This document shows positions 28,909 through 38,610 of a DNA stretch of 42,212 nucleotides, piece after piece. The stretch comes from Tolypothrix carrinoi HA7290-LM1. GTDB lineage: Bacteria > Cyanobacteriota > Cyanobacteriia > Cyanobacteriales > Nostocaceae. The DNA lies in NCBI GenBank assembly GCA_019358935.1, contig JAHHIK010000070.1, positions 1 to 42,212 on the forward strand. Reading direction: 5' to 3'. Position numbers and translations under genes: made by a program. The notes under the pieces were generated by a model. That model saw only the letters and a program-made list of their open reading frames with translations, searched no databases and was not told the DNA's origin. Numbering within the stretch: the first letter of the stretch is position 1; each line of letters starts with the position of its first letter.

Positions 28909-29208
28909 ATGACGGGCTTTTTGATATTAGTTACAATTGCGGTGGTGGTGTTAGTTATTGCATCTGCTCGAAGCAGTTCTTTTAGAGGTCGTAGAAGCAA
29001 ATCGCGTAACCATTCTAGTAACAGCCACAACAATTTCTTTAACACCGCTGCTGGGGGATATAACAGTAGTACCACTGATAGCGGGTATAGCGGTGGTGAT
29101 GGCGGCAGTTCTAGTAGTGGCTGTGACGGCGGCGGTTTTAGCGGTGGTGATGGCGGCAGTTCTAGTAGTGGCTGTGACGGCGGCGGCTCTAGCAGTGGCG
29201 GATTTTAG
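28909..29208 (+). CDS. Small membrane-anchored Gly/Ser-rich protein with a duplicated 17-aa unit
   Basis: RBS AGGAG, N-terminal hydrophobic helix, basic patch, (Y/F)SGGDGGSSSSGCDGGG x2 (51-bp period). Confidence 0.7.
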   Translation: MTGFLILVTIAVVVLVIASARSSSFRGRRSKSRNHSSNSHNNFFNTAAGGYNSSTTDSGYSGGDGGSSSSGCDGGGFSGGDGGSSSSGCDGGGSSSGGF

Positions 29209-29272
29209 ACAAGCTAATTTTTTGCTCAACAACTTCGCATTCCCAGCGCTTAATTGCTTATGTTGAATCAAG

Positions 29273-29307
29273 GCGATGTCTGACGACAAGACGCTCTGCG
29301 TCTACGC
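29273..29307. repeat. SDR5-like element in a split HIP1 site
   Basis: GCGAT-GTCTGACGACAAGACGCTCTGCGTCTA-CGC; a related inverted copy lies at about 5487-5521. Confidence 0.6.
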
Positions 29308-29315
29308 TTGTCAAC

Positions 29316-29984
29316 TTACCAGTAAAATGAAATTGGTAATTTCGAGTCAAAAAGTTGGATTTGACCTGATTGAGCTTGATTAAACTCGATTTCTAGGTGA
29401 AAGCGATCGCCTCGCTTCAATTCCACCAATCCTAACTCAGTTAGTTTTCTCAATTCAGCAGAGAAATTTTTCTCTCCTGGTAAGGTGATTTGCAACTTTG
29501 TAATTTCATCAAATCCAGGTTTATTAATTAATAATCCGCGTTTTAACGGCGAAGCTGAAGGAATTAGGCTGACTGGTGACATAAAAATCAGCGGTTCTGA
29601 TAAATTTTCACTGTTAGCAGCGACGGTAAGTGAGGCTCCTTTTGGCAAAAAAGGTGCGTAATAATTCCAAGTAGCAAATGGCAATTCTAGAGAACCGGGT
29701 ACATCTGAGCGAAGCGAAATACCAAATGGACAAGCTTGAGTTTCTCCCCAACAACAACGCTCCCACAAACTCAAAGGACGAACCACACTTGAGAGGATTT
29801 CATTTATATCACTCAGCCAAAGTAATTCTAAATAAGCATTATGAAATAAAAAGCAAACGTTTGCAGTGCCTTGACCTAGATGAGTGCGGCGATTACCTTC
29901 TTGGAATCCGAAGGCTTTGAGAAACTCAGCCTCAGGCGCTTCTGGTTCAACACAAACGAAAATATGATCTAGTTCAAGTCCCAT
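29316..29984 (-). CDS. VOC / glyoxalase-like domain protein
   Basis: ELDHIFV...HLGQGTANVCFLFHNAYLELLW...PFGISLR. Confidence 0.8.
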   Translation of the reverse strand: MGLELDHIFVCVEPEAPEAEFLKAFGFQEGNRRTHLGQGTANVCFLFHNAYLELLWLSDINEILSSVVRPLSLWERCCWGETQACPFGISLRSDVPGSLELPFATWNYYAPFLPKGASLTVAANSENLSEPLIFMSPVSLIPSASPLKRGLLINKPGFDEITKLQITLPGEKNFSAELRKLTELGLVELKRGDRFHLEIEFNQAQSGQIQLFDSKLPISFYW

Positions 29985-29995
29985 AATTTATCTTT

Positions 29996-30694
29996 TTAAT
30001 TCGCCGAACTCATACGTATACTTCCCGCTCGACAATCTCGCAACCAAGCATTAATTCCTTGAGCAACAGTACCATTACTACTATCGCGTGGGGGTGTTGG
30101 CGGATTTTTGGTAACTGGATACGAACCAATTTGCGAAAACATTGTTACCATCCGCCAACCACTCTGGCTTTTCGTTAAAAACAGCCAGTGAAATTCTTGC
30201 AATTGCACCGCTTTTCCACGTATGTATTGCCGCTCTAAAGTAGTAAAAAACACTTGCTCCACTTTTTCGTCAGAGCTTTTTAGCGCATCTGTATTATTAA
30301 TACCAGCGTTCAGCGGCAACGGAGTAAAATCAGGTTTTCCTGCCAGAGCCATGTAACTGTAAACGTCCGTTTTTCTTTTCAAACGGCGGGCGCGTTGACT
30401 GGCGCGATTAGCGTAGCTAGGTAAATCCCGCAGTAATGGTGTAATTAAATTTTCTATACTCTGCTCTGAACAAAAAGATTTTTCCTTGCCTGTGTCCCTT
30501 GTCTGTGTAGGTTGAGAACCACTGGCAAACAGCTTTCTCGTTTTCTGGTGCCAGGGAATGCCTACTGTGGGCTGCTGCCTCAGATTATATATGACTTTGG
30601 CGGCAGAGCCTCCAGATGTGCGTTCCCAGTCTGAGACTGGGAACGACGAGAGAAAATGTAACGATAAAAATAGGGAGACAAAAAACATAATCAA
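29996..30694 (-). CDS. Cyanobacterial hypothetical protein, probably exported, with a repeat inserted near the N-terminus
   Basis: Hydrophobic N-terminus; core LLRDLPSYANRASQR...QVFFTTLERQY...HWLFLT...PPTPPRDSSNG..AQGINAWLRDC. Confidence 0.75.
   Translation of the reverse strand: MIMFFVSLFLSLHFLSSFPVSDWERTSGGSAAKVIYNLRQQPTVGIPWHQKTRKLFASGSQPTQTRDTGKEKSFCSEQSIENLITPLLRDLPSYANRASQRARRLKRKTDVYSYMALAGKPDFTPLPLNAGINNTDALKSSDEKVEQVFFTTLERQYIRGKAVQLQEFHWLFLTKSQSGWRMVTMFSQIGSYPVTKNPPTPPRDSSNGTVAQGINAWLRDCRAGSIRMSSAN
30537..30646. repeat. About 110-bp REP/MITE-like repeat inside the CDS
   Basis: CTCGTT...GGGAATGC...CTGCCTC...GGCAGAGCCTC...CGTTCCCAGTCTGAGACTGGGAACGA with a terminal hairpin. Confidence 0.65.
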
Positions 30695-30710
30695 TGCGAT
30701 TTTTGTATAA

Positions 30711-30892
30711 TAATTAGCGGCTTGATCCGCTAATTAACGTGAATTTGACGAACCTCTCCCCAACTCTTCTCCTGCAAGGAGAGGGGCACATAACCCTTGT
30801 TTTCAGCCCCAAATAAAAAGAATCATATCAAGAAAATCATGTTTTTAAGCCTCTCCCCGCATCGGGGAGAGGAATGGAAGCAGGGTCAAATC
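30711..30892. repeat. Hairpin plus a CCTCTCCCC/GGGGAGAGG dispersed repeat
   Basis: TAATTAGCGG-N6-CCGCTAATTA at 30711-30736; TTTGAC..AACCTCTCCCC ... GGGGAGAGG..GTCAAA. Confidence 0.6.
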
Positions 30893-30942
30893 AAATAAGA
30901 ACGAACTGACGCTAATTACGAACGAATCATCTTTTAATTCGA

Positions 30943-31677
30943 CTACCCAGATACAGTTATTAACTCCTCACAAGTTCTCTGCCAAGCTAATTGTGGATCG
31001 GCGGCGGCGGTGATTGGACGCCCAATTACGAGATAATCGGCTCCAGAAGCGATCGCTTGTTTTGGTGTAAGCGATCGCTTTTGATCTCCTTTATCTGCCC
31101 AAGTCGGTCTAACTCCCGGACAAACTAACAAAAAATCATCCTTGCAAGTTTGCCGCAATTGTGCTACCTCTAGCGGCGAACAAACTGCCCCATCTAACCC
31201 AGTCTCTTGAGCCATCAGCGCCATTGCAAGAGCATATTCTGGCAATTCTAGAGGAATTTTCAAATCAAACGCCAATTGCCGAGAAGAAATACTCGTTAAC
31301 AAAGTAATCGCAATTAACTTTGGCGGCTTTATATTGGCTTTTGCGGCTTCTTCTTGCACCGCTTGTGAAGCTGCTTTCAGCGCATCTGTTCCACATGTAG
31401 CATGAATTGTCAGCAAATCCACACCATAACGAGCCGCACTGCGACAAGCACCCGCGACTGTATTCGGGATATCGTGAAACTTCAAATCCAGGAAAATGCG
31501 CTTTTGGCGGGATTTGAGCAAATCTAAAATTTTCGGTCCAGTGCTGGTAAACAACTCCAAACCAACCTTGAAGAAAGTAACTTGCTCAAGTTTGTTTACC
31601 AAAGCGATCGCACTTTCTTCATCTGGCACATCCAAAGGTACTATAATCCGCTTGTTAGCGTTCATATGTGTTGTCAC
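30943..31677 (-). CDS. pyrF: Orotidine-5'-phosphate decarboxylase (start may be ATG 31665)
   Basis: [40 protein letters not shown]. Confidence 0.97.
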   Translation of the reverse strand: MTTHMNANKRIIVPLDVPDEESAIALVNKLEQVTFFKVGLELFTSTGPKILDLLKSRQKRIFLDLKFHDIPNTVAGACRSAARYGVDLLTIHATCGTDALKAASQAVQEEAAKANIKPPKLIAITLLTSISSRQLAFDLKIPLELPEYALAMALMAQETGLDGAVCSPLEVAQLRQTCKDDFLLVCPGVRPTWADKGDQKRSLTPKQAIASGADYLVIGRPITAAADPQLAWQRTCEELITVSG

Positions 31678-31684
31678 CCTTCAT

Positions 31685-32911
31685 TTACGGCACCAAGCGG
31701 ACAAACTTATTTTTACCAACTTGCAAAACCTTACCTTCTAAATCAGTTAGCGAATCGAAAGTAGTATCAATATCGGTAATGCGATCGCCATTTAAGCGCA
31801 CCCCACCTTCTTGAATTTTTCGCCTACCTTCATTGCCACTTTTGCACAAACCGCTAACATTGAGGATAGAAAATAACTTAGCAGGAAACTGCACCTGTGA
31901 TAACGAGAATTCTGGGACTGCACCACCTTGTCCCCCTGTTTTAGCCGCAACTCTTGCTTCATTCGCGGCTGTTTCGCCATGATATTGTCGAACAATATCC
32001 CAAGCGAGAAGTTGTTGGCGATCGCGTGGCTTTTCTGGTAATTTTTCGGCATGTAAATCCGTCAGCAGTTGAAAATAATCTTCCAGCAAGTTATCCGGAA
32101 CCTGTTGCAGCTTCTGATACATCTGTGATGGATGTTCTGACAAACCGACATAATTACCCAAAGATTTAGACATTTTTTGTACACCGTCAAGACCATTTAA
32201 AATAGGTAACAGTACACAATATTGCGGTTTTTGCCCAAAATGACGTTGTAAATCTCGCCCAACAGCCAAGTTAAATTTCTGGTCAGTACCGCCTAATTCT
32301 ACATCAGCTTGCACTGCCACAGAATCATAACCTTGCATCAATGGATAAAGGAACTCATGAAGGAAAATTGGATTCTCTTTCTTATAACGTTCGGCGAAGC
32401 CTTCTTTTGCTAGCATCTGCCCCACCGTCATCGTGGCAAGTAACTCTAAAATTTTTCCTAAGTCAAGTTTAGAGAGCCATTCGGAGTTATAACGTACCTC
32501 TAATCTCCCTGGTGTGTCAAAATCTAAAATCGGACGCACTTGGTCAAGATAAGTTTGGGCGTTTTGCGCTACATCTACCTCTGTCAGTTGGCGTCGTACC
32601 TCAGATTTACCAGTCGGATCGCCAATGCGAGCTGTAAAATCGCCAATAATCAGCACTGCTGTGTGACCGGCATCTTGAAAATTTCGCAGTTTCCGCACAG
32701 GAATGCTGTGACCTAAGTGAATTTCTGCTCCTGTAGGATCAATTCCGAATTTTACCCTTAAAGGTCGGTCTGTAGTTGCCAAGAGCTTTTCTAAACTTTC
32801 ACTTTCACTGTCAGAATTACTATTGTGTGGGAAAATTTCAGTTAATCCACGATGTAGCCAAGAAAAATTTTGCGCCATACTAGAAGACTGAATATTAGTT
32901 ATGCTTTGCAT
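31685..32911 (-). CDS. tyrS: Tyrosine--tRNA ligase (start may be ATG 32878)
   Basis: [31 protein letters not shown]-terminal S4 domain. Confidence 0.98.
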   Translation of the reverse strand: MQSITNIQSSSMAQNFSWLHRGLTEIFPHNSNSDSESESLEKLLATTDRPLRVKFGIDPTGAEIHLGHSIPVRKLRNFQDAGHTAVLIIGDFTARIGDPTGKSEVRRQLTEVDVAQNAQTYLDQVRPILDFDTPGRLEVRYNSEWLSKLDLGKILELLATMTVGQMLAKEGFAERYKKENPIFLHEFLYPLMQGYDSVAVQADVELGGTDQKFNLAVGRDLQRHFGQKPQYCVLLPILNGLDGVQKMSKSLGNYVGLSEHPSQMYQKLQQVPDNLLEDYFQLLTDLHAEKLPEKPRDRQQLLAWDIVRQYHGETAANEARVAAKTGGQGGAVPEFSLSQVQFPAKLFSILNVSGLCKSGNEGRRKIQEGGVRLNGDRITDIDTTFDSLTDLEGKVLQVGKNKFVRLVP

Positions 32912-33052
32912 TGCTAGAAGTTGAGTTAGTTATTTTTACTGGCAATTTGTCATCTAACTGATCTGCCAAACTACTATAATTGCAAAAAAATAACCGCCTT
33001 GCTTCGCCGAATAAATTACAGTTATATTTACAAGTGAGGAAGTGAAATCGCC

Positions 33053-34987
33053 GTGTCGTCTAGGACTTTTGAAGAAAAACAACCGCAAGGTCAGGCATCA
33101 TCAGGTTTTGACTTTTTTAAAGGAGTAGGTCAGGTAACTGGCGGCACTCTTTTATCCCTGACTATGCTAACAAGTTCGATTGTCGCGGGAGGACTAGTGG
33201 GTTTAGCCGTTAGTTTCCGGAACTTGCCTGATGTGAGACAATTACGTAACTTTTTTCCATCAGAAACTACTTACATTTATGACGTTAAAGGTAAACTTTT
33301 AACCAGTGTTCACGGAGAAGCTAACCGGGAAGTCGTATCGTTAGATAGAATTTCGCCAAATTTAAAACGGGCGGTATTGGCAAGCGAAGATGGTCACTTC
33401 TACGATCATCATGGAATTAACCCCAGTGGGGTTGGACGTGCTGTAGTGACAAACTGGGCGGCTGGTGGCGTCAAAGAAGGTGGTTCCACCATCACCATGC
33501 AATTGGTGAAAAATTTATTTTTGTCTCGCAAGCGTGCTTTTACTCGTAAGATTGCCGAGGCTGTTCTAGCGATTCGTCTAGAGCAAATTCTCAGCAAAGA
33601 CCAAATTTTAGAAATGTACCTCAATCAAGTGTATTGGGGTCATAATAACTATGGCGTGCAAACCGCAGCTCGCAGTTACTTCAACAAGTCCGCCGAAAGT
33701 TTAACTATCGGTGAATCGGCGATGATGGCGGGTTTGATTCCAGCACCTGAAGAATTGAGTCCGTTTATCAGCATGGCTAAGGCAAAGCAAAAACAAAAAG
33801 AAGTCTTAGGACGGATGCGGGAATTGAACTGGATCACCCAGGAAGAGTACGACGAAGCGCTGAAGCAAGAAATTAAACTTGGTAAAATCAGGTCGTTTCA
33901 GGGTAGTGCTTTACCTTATGTTACTAATGCGGTGTCGCAAGAGTTGGCGAAAAAGTTTGGACGTGACGCCTTAATTAAAGGTGGGATGCGCGTACAAACC
34001 ACCGTTGATGCTGATTTTCAACGCATGGCAGAGCAAACAGTCAGCAAGTGGCACGAAAGACTTTTAGGACAGGGATTATATAAGAATCAAATGGCATTGG
34101 TGGCAGTTGACCCCCGCACCCATTTTGTGAAAGCATTGGTGGGGGGTGTGGATGCGAAAACCAGTGAGTTCAATCGAGCAACTCAAGCTCAACGTCAGCC
34201 TGGGTCTTCTTTTAAACCGTTTGTTTACTATGCTGGTTTTGCCAGTGGGAAGTATGGTCCAGATTCGACGGTGGTAGATGCGCCGGTCAGCTACCGCGAT
34301 GGTGACGGTTGGTACTATCCAAGAAACTATGATGGTGGCTTTTCGGGTGCGATGTCAATTCGCACTGCCATAGCGCAGTCTCGCAACATCCCGGTAATCA
34401 AAGTTGGCAAAGCTGTAGGGATGAATAAAGTTATCGAAACCTGCCGGACTTTAGGAATTATGAGTCCGATGGAACCGGTGAGTTCTTTGCCTCTAGGTGC
34501 GATTGGTGTCACACCTTTGGAAATGGCTAGCGCTTATGCTACCTTTGCCAATTATGGCTGGCAGTCGCCAACAACGGTAATTGTCCGCGTGACTGATAGT
34601 AGTGGTAATGTATTGCTAGATAACACGCCGAAACCTCAGCAAGTTCTCGATCCTTGGGCATCGGCGGCAATTATCGATGTAATGCGATCGGTTATTACTA
34701 ATGGTACTGGTAAAAATGCGGCGATCGGTCGTCCGGTTGCTGGGAAGACGGGAACAACTTCCTCTGAAAAGGATATTTGGTTTGTCGGTACTGTGCCACA
34801 GTTAACGACTGCTGTTTGGGTCGGTAGAGACGACAATAGACAATTAGCAAGCGGTGCAACAGGTGGTGTGATGGTAGCACCGATTTGGCGCGATTTTATG
34901 CAAAAAGCGTTGAAGAATACACCTGCGGAAAACTTCAAGTCTCCATCGCAGTTTCCTCGCCCCAAATTTAATGACAATGAAAATTAG
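33053..34987 (+). CDS. Class A penicillin-binding protein (transglycosylase-transpeptidase)
   Basis: SEDGHFYDHHG, GGSTITMQL, RKIAE, SSFK (SxxK), SRN, KTG. Confidence 0.96.
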   Translation: MSSRTFEEKQPQGQASSGFDFFKGVGQVTGGTLLSLTMLTSSIVAGGLVGLAVSFRNLPDVRQLRNFFPSETTYIYDVKGKLLTSVHGEANREVVSLDRISPNLKRAVLASEDGHFYDHHGINPSGVGRAVVTNWAAGGVKEGGSTITMQLVKNLFLSRKRAFTRKIAEAVLAIRLEQILSKDQILEMYLNQVYWGHNNYGVQTAARSYFNKSAESLTIGESAMMAGLIPAPEELSPFISMAKAKQKQKEVLGRMRELNWITQEEYDEALKQEIKLGKIRSFQGSALPYVTNAVSQELAKKFGRDALIKGGMRVQTTVDADFQRMAEQTVSKWHERLLGQGLYKNQMALVAVDPRTHFVKALVGGVDAKTSEFNRATQAQRQPGSSFKPFVYYAGFASGKYGPDSTVVDAPVSYRDGDGWYYPRNYDGGFSGAMSIRTAIAQSRNIPVIKVGKAVGMNKVIETCRTLGIMSPMEPVSSLPLGAIGVTPLEMASAYATFANYGWQSPTTVIVRVTDSSGNVLLDNTPKPQQVLDPWASAAIIDVMRSVITNGTGKNAAIGRPVAGKTGTTSSEKDIWFVGTVPQLTTAVWVGRDDNRQLASGATGGVMVAPIWRDFMQKALKNTPAENFKSPSQFPRPKFNDNEN

Positions 34988-35195
34988 GGGATAGTGGTTA
35001 GTGGATAGTGGATAGTGGATAGTGGGGCATGGGGCATGGGGCATGGGGCATGGGGGAGGCAGTGCGGTCTTGGGGTCTCCCCAAGTGGAGCACCTGCCGT
35101 CATGGGGCATGGGTAATGGGGAAAGGGACTCATGTGAAAGAATTATTACCAATTCCCAATTCCCAATTCCCAATGCCCAATGCCCAATGCCCATT
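34988..35195. repeat. STRR arrays with an embedded dispersed repeat
   Basis: (GGATAGT)n, (GGGGCAT)n, GGCAGTGCGGTCTTGGGGTCTCCCCAAGTGGAGCACCTGCC, (AATTCCC/AATGCCC)n. Confidence 0.85.
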
Positions 35196-35209
35196 GACAA
35201 CTAACTTCT

Positions 35210-35533
35210 CTAAGCCTGCTTTGCTAAATCGGCTTTCATCCGTTGTAAAGTTAGGTTCATTTGGTCAAACATTTGTTGCGGGGTGACGCCAAATTGACCT
35301 AACTGTGTTTTAATCTGCTCCATAGTCATTTGCGCCATAAAATCTTCTGATAGCTCGAAGCGCTTCATAAAGATGCGATATCGATCCATCATCGCTTCCA
35401 TTTGTTCAATAAACAGCTTTTTACCTTCGAGATCAAATTTGCCGTAATTGTTGCCAAGTTTGATCAACGCTTGATAATCTTCAAACAGCTGCTTCGCTTC
35501 TTGCTGAACTATATCAGAATCAAAGAATCCCAT
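35210..35533 (-). CDS. DUF1825 family protein
   Basis: MGFFDSDIVQQEAKQLFEDYQ...YGKFDLEGKKLFI...RFELSEDFMAQ. Confidence 0.85.
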   Translation of the reverse strand: MGFFDSDIVQQEAKQLFEDYQALIKLGNNYGKFDLEGKKLFIEQMEAMMDRYRIFMKRFELSEDFMAQMTMEQIKTQLGQFGVTPQQMFDQMNLTLQRMKADLAKQA

Positions 35534-35700
35534 TTTTACCATCTTCAACTGAGTTACAATACTCAGAGCGCGTATAGTTTTGCCTTTATAGTTTAATTTT
35601 AGTGTAGGGAACTAATCTAGAGAAGAAGCTTCGGTTTGAGTACGGTTTTTTACCGAAATTTCAACACTTGACTTGAGAAGTTTTTCTTGCTGTCTAACAA

Positions 35701-35808
35701 CTTACAGCGATTTTCACCTAAATGAACCACATTATTTTTATCTCACGCAAAGGCGCAAAGACGCAAAGGAAGAAAAGTGTGGTCTAAATACATGAAAATT
35801 GCTGTAAG
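35701..35808. mobile_element. MITE with terminal inverted repeats and TA flanks
   Basis: CTTACAGCGATTTTCA ... TGAAAATTGCTGTAAG (15/16 inverted match), inner ACCACA/TGTGGT, internal (CGCAAAG)x3. Confidence 0.75.
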
Positions 35809-36178
35809 CTGGCAGTGGCTTTTTTGAGAATAAGATTTATGAAATGATTAAGATTTCGCTTTGGCTTTGATGCGTTCGCTTGCTCAAAAAATCTCACTGC
35901 TTGTGCAGACATTTCTCCAAGTTTTTCAGCTATCAGACTTTAAAGCAAGTAAAGTCTAAAATAAGCAGACCAATTTGAATGCTTGTGTTCGTGTTACCCT
36001 TCAAAAAGGGCAAGTTTCCCATCTCCCAAAGAAAGACGCTGTGCGAACGACGCAAAGCTTAAGATGTGGAACTTGCGCTCCTAAATATGTGTTTGCATTG
36101 TAGCATTGAAAAGAGCGTTGGCTGCATCGATCGCTCTAGTTGTGTCAGAACTATGGTAGTGATAAATTAATTGGGAAT

Positions 36179-36553
36179 ATGTTGACTAAGCGAAAAAGCC
36201 GAAGCATAGCTGCCATTTTAGCTTTTTCTGGCACGCTGACAATTTCGGGATTACATAAATTTTATTTGGGACAGCCTTTATGGGGTTTATTATATGTGTT
36301 GCTTTCCTGGACACCGATTCCCAAGGTAGCTAGCGCCATTGAGGGAGTTTGGTATTTAGCGCAAGATGAAGAAGCTTTCGATCGTAATTTTAATTTAGGT
36401 AAGTCAGCGGTAAAAAATTTACAAGCGAATAGCGATCGGATAACTGCTATGGCTGAAGCTTTGCGATCGCTGGATACTCTCAGACAAGATGGATTGATTT
36501 CTGAGTACGAATTTGAGCAAAAACGCCGCCAATTGTTAGACCAAATTACCTGA
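36179..36553 (+). CDS. TM2/NINE domain membrane protein with a C-terminal SHOCT domain
   Basis: KSRSIAAILA...GLHKFYLGQ...GLLYVLLSWT; LDTLRQDGLISEYEFEQKRRQLL. Confidence 0.85.
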   Translation: MLTKRKSRSIAAILAFSGTLTISGLHKFYLGQPLWGLLYVLLSWTPIPKVASAIEGVWYLAQDEEAFDRNFNLGKSAVKNLQANSDRITAMAEALRSLDTLRQDGLISEYEFEQKRRQLLDQIT

Positions 36554-36564
36554 AAAGTGCGAAA

Positions 36565-37098
36565 ATGATGAACAATTGGCTACCTTTGAATCCCAGGTTG
36601 CAAAAACTCCGTTCGCGGCTGCTTAACGATCCCTATTATCGACTACAATCTGGGGAAGAGATTGCGATCGCTGCACAATTGGGTATCCGGATTGATGCGA
36701 ATCAAGCAACTGTAGATGATTGGTTGCGTTTACCGGGTTTATCGATTCATCAAGCGCGATCGCTTGTGGAACTTTCGCGTGTTGGTGTGAAATTTTACTG
36801 TATTGAAGATATTGCGGCTGCTTTGAGTATACCAGCGCAACGACTAGAACCATTAAAGCTGATTCTAGATTTTAGTTATTATGACGACGAAGCTTTAGGC
36901 AATCCTACGCAAATTAATATTAATACGGCAACGGTTGAGAATCTAGTAAAAATTCCTTTTATAAATGCGTCTTTGGCTGAAGCAATAGTAGAGAATCGTT
37001 TATCAAAGGGACATTATCGCAACTTAATAGATTTTCAGCAGAGGTTGAATATATCTGGTGAGGCGATCGCGCAATTAATGTATTATCTCAGGTTTTAA
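36565..37098 (+). CDS. ComEA-like helix-hairpin-helix DNA-binding protein
   Basis: IDANQATVDDWLRLPGLS and ININTATVENLVKIPFI HhH repeats. Confidence 0.85.
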   Translation: MMNNWLPLNPRLQKLRSRLLNDPYYRLQSGEEIAIAAQLGIRIDANQATVDDWLRLPGLSIHQARSLVELSRVGVKFYCIEDIAAALSIPAQRLEPLKLILDFSYYDDEALGNPTQININTATVENLVKIPFINASLAEAIVENRLSKGHYRNLIDFQQRLNISGEAIAQLMYYLRF

Positions 37099-37196
37099 AG
37101 TCACGACAAACGTAACTTTAAGCTTGTAGTAACCACTAAAGTGGTTATCTTGAGCACTCTTCGTGCTCACTACGAGTATATAATAACTATCCCTAT

Positions 37197-37427
37197 CGAG
37201 TTCCAAACACGAAACTTCGAGTTCCAAACACGAAACTTCAGCTTCAGAAGGTGAAACTTCGAGTTCCAAACACGAAACTTCAGCTTCAGAAGGTGAAACT
37301 TCGAGTTCCGAACACGAAACTTCAGCTTCAGAAGGTGAAACTTCGAGTTCCAAACACGAAACTTCAGCTTCAGAAGGTGAAACTTCGAGTTCCGAACACG
37401 AAACTTCAGCTTCAGAAGGTGAAACTT
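37197..37427. repeat. Hierarchical tandem array of eleven 21-bp units
   Basis: A=CGAGTTCC(A/G)AACACGAAACTT, B=CAGCTTCAGAAGGTGAAACTT; order A A B A B A' B A B A' B. Confidence 0.97.
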
Positions 37428-37449
37428 GCAAATTTCACCTTTGTAGTAG

Positions 37450-38478
37450 CTACCCCAGCCACTGTGGATTCTTAGCTGTACCGTCAAAGCGATCGCTAAT
37501 CTTGAATAATTCGTACTCACCTTTTGCAGCAACGGTCGCCGTTTTCTTTAGCAAAGCTGCGGTTTGTTCTTGACTCATCGGCTTAAATGTGCGTGCTGCC
37601 TCAAACGCTTGGTTGAGAATTTGCATACTGTCAATGCCTGTAATTACAGTTGAAGTTGGCAGGTTCATTGCGTAATGAAGGCACTCAATAGGCTTAACTG
37701 TATTACTCTTAAGAATAATTTGATCGCCCATTGATTTCATACCCAGGACACCGATTTGATTTTGTACCAATTTGGGTAAAACTGCACGCTCAAAACTGCG
37801 AAAATGGGCATCCATAACATTAAGTGGCAGCTGCACTGTGTCGAAACGGAAGTTATTTTGAGCGGCAATTTCTAGCATTCTCAGGTGAACCAAGGGATCT
37901 TTGTGTCCGGTAAAGCCAATGTAACGAACTTTACCTGCTTTTTGCGCTTCTAGCACTGCTTCTGCTGCACCACCTTTAGCAAAAATCCGGTCTGGGTCTT
38001 CTAAACGGATAATTTCATGAAATTGGATTAAATCGACACGATCTGTTTGTAGACGTTTCAGAGACTCGTCAATTTGCTTGGCAGCAGATTCTTTTGTGCG
38101 ACCATCAATTTTGGTCATGAGAAAGACTTTTTGGCGGTAGCCGTCTTGTAACGCCTTACCCATGCGAATTTCGCTACCACCGTTATGGTAATCCCAGCAG
38201 TTATCCATGAAATTAATTCCACGGTCGATCGCACTGCGGATAATTTTAATGCTTTCTTGCTCGTCTTTTTGCCGTCCGATATGATGACCACCCAAACCGA
38301 TGACAGAGACTTTCTCTTTTGTGCGTCCCATTGTGCGGTAGATCATATCACCGCTTCTAGTTGTCTGTTGCGGTGTTGCCGCTAAAAGTGGATTGAGAAA
38401 ACCTTCAGAAGCTGCTAGTCCCGCAGCCAAACCGGAAATCGAAGCTGTCTTCAGGAAATCTCGTCTGTTGATATCCAC
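37450..38478 (-). CDS. Aldo/keto reductase with a twin-arginine signal peptide
   Basis: NRRDFLK Tat motif; GINFMDNCWDYHNGGSE, LMTK, SLKRLQTDRVDLIQFH, GKVRYIG. Confidence 0.9.
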   Translation of the reverse strand: MDINRRDFLKTASISGLAAGLAASEGFLNPLLAATPQQTTRSGDMIYRTMGRTKEKVSVIGLGGHHIGRQKDEQESIKIIRSAIDRGINFMDNCWDYHNGGSEIRMGKALQDGYRQKVFLMTKIDGRTKESAAKQIDESLKRLQTDRVDLIQFHEIIRLEDPDRIFAKGGAAEAVLEAQKAGKVRYIGFTGHKDPLVHLRMLEIAAQNNFRFDTVQLPLNVMDAHFRSFERAVLPKLVQNQIGVLGMKSMGDQIILKSNTVKPIECLHYAMNLPTSTVITGIDSMQILNQAFEAARTFKPMSQEQTAALLKKTATVAAKGEYELFKISDRFDGTAKNPQWLG

Positions 38479-38610
38479 GAAGTCTATCCTTAATCGTGTT
38501 TGTTCCTAATAGACAATCTTCGATCTCTGAGCTTGGAGCGACATCAGTCAAATGGTTTACTTAGTGTTGTTTCGTCTTCTATCCTAAGGTAGGCACTTGA
38601 GGTATATAAG

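Noticed and set aside
37197..37427. CRISPR or TIGR-like guide array (GAAAC-containing repeats)
   Set aside because: The intervening 13-nt segments are only two recurring types, not unique spacers, and no Cas or Nop-domain gene is adjacent.
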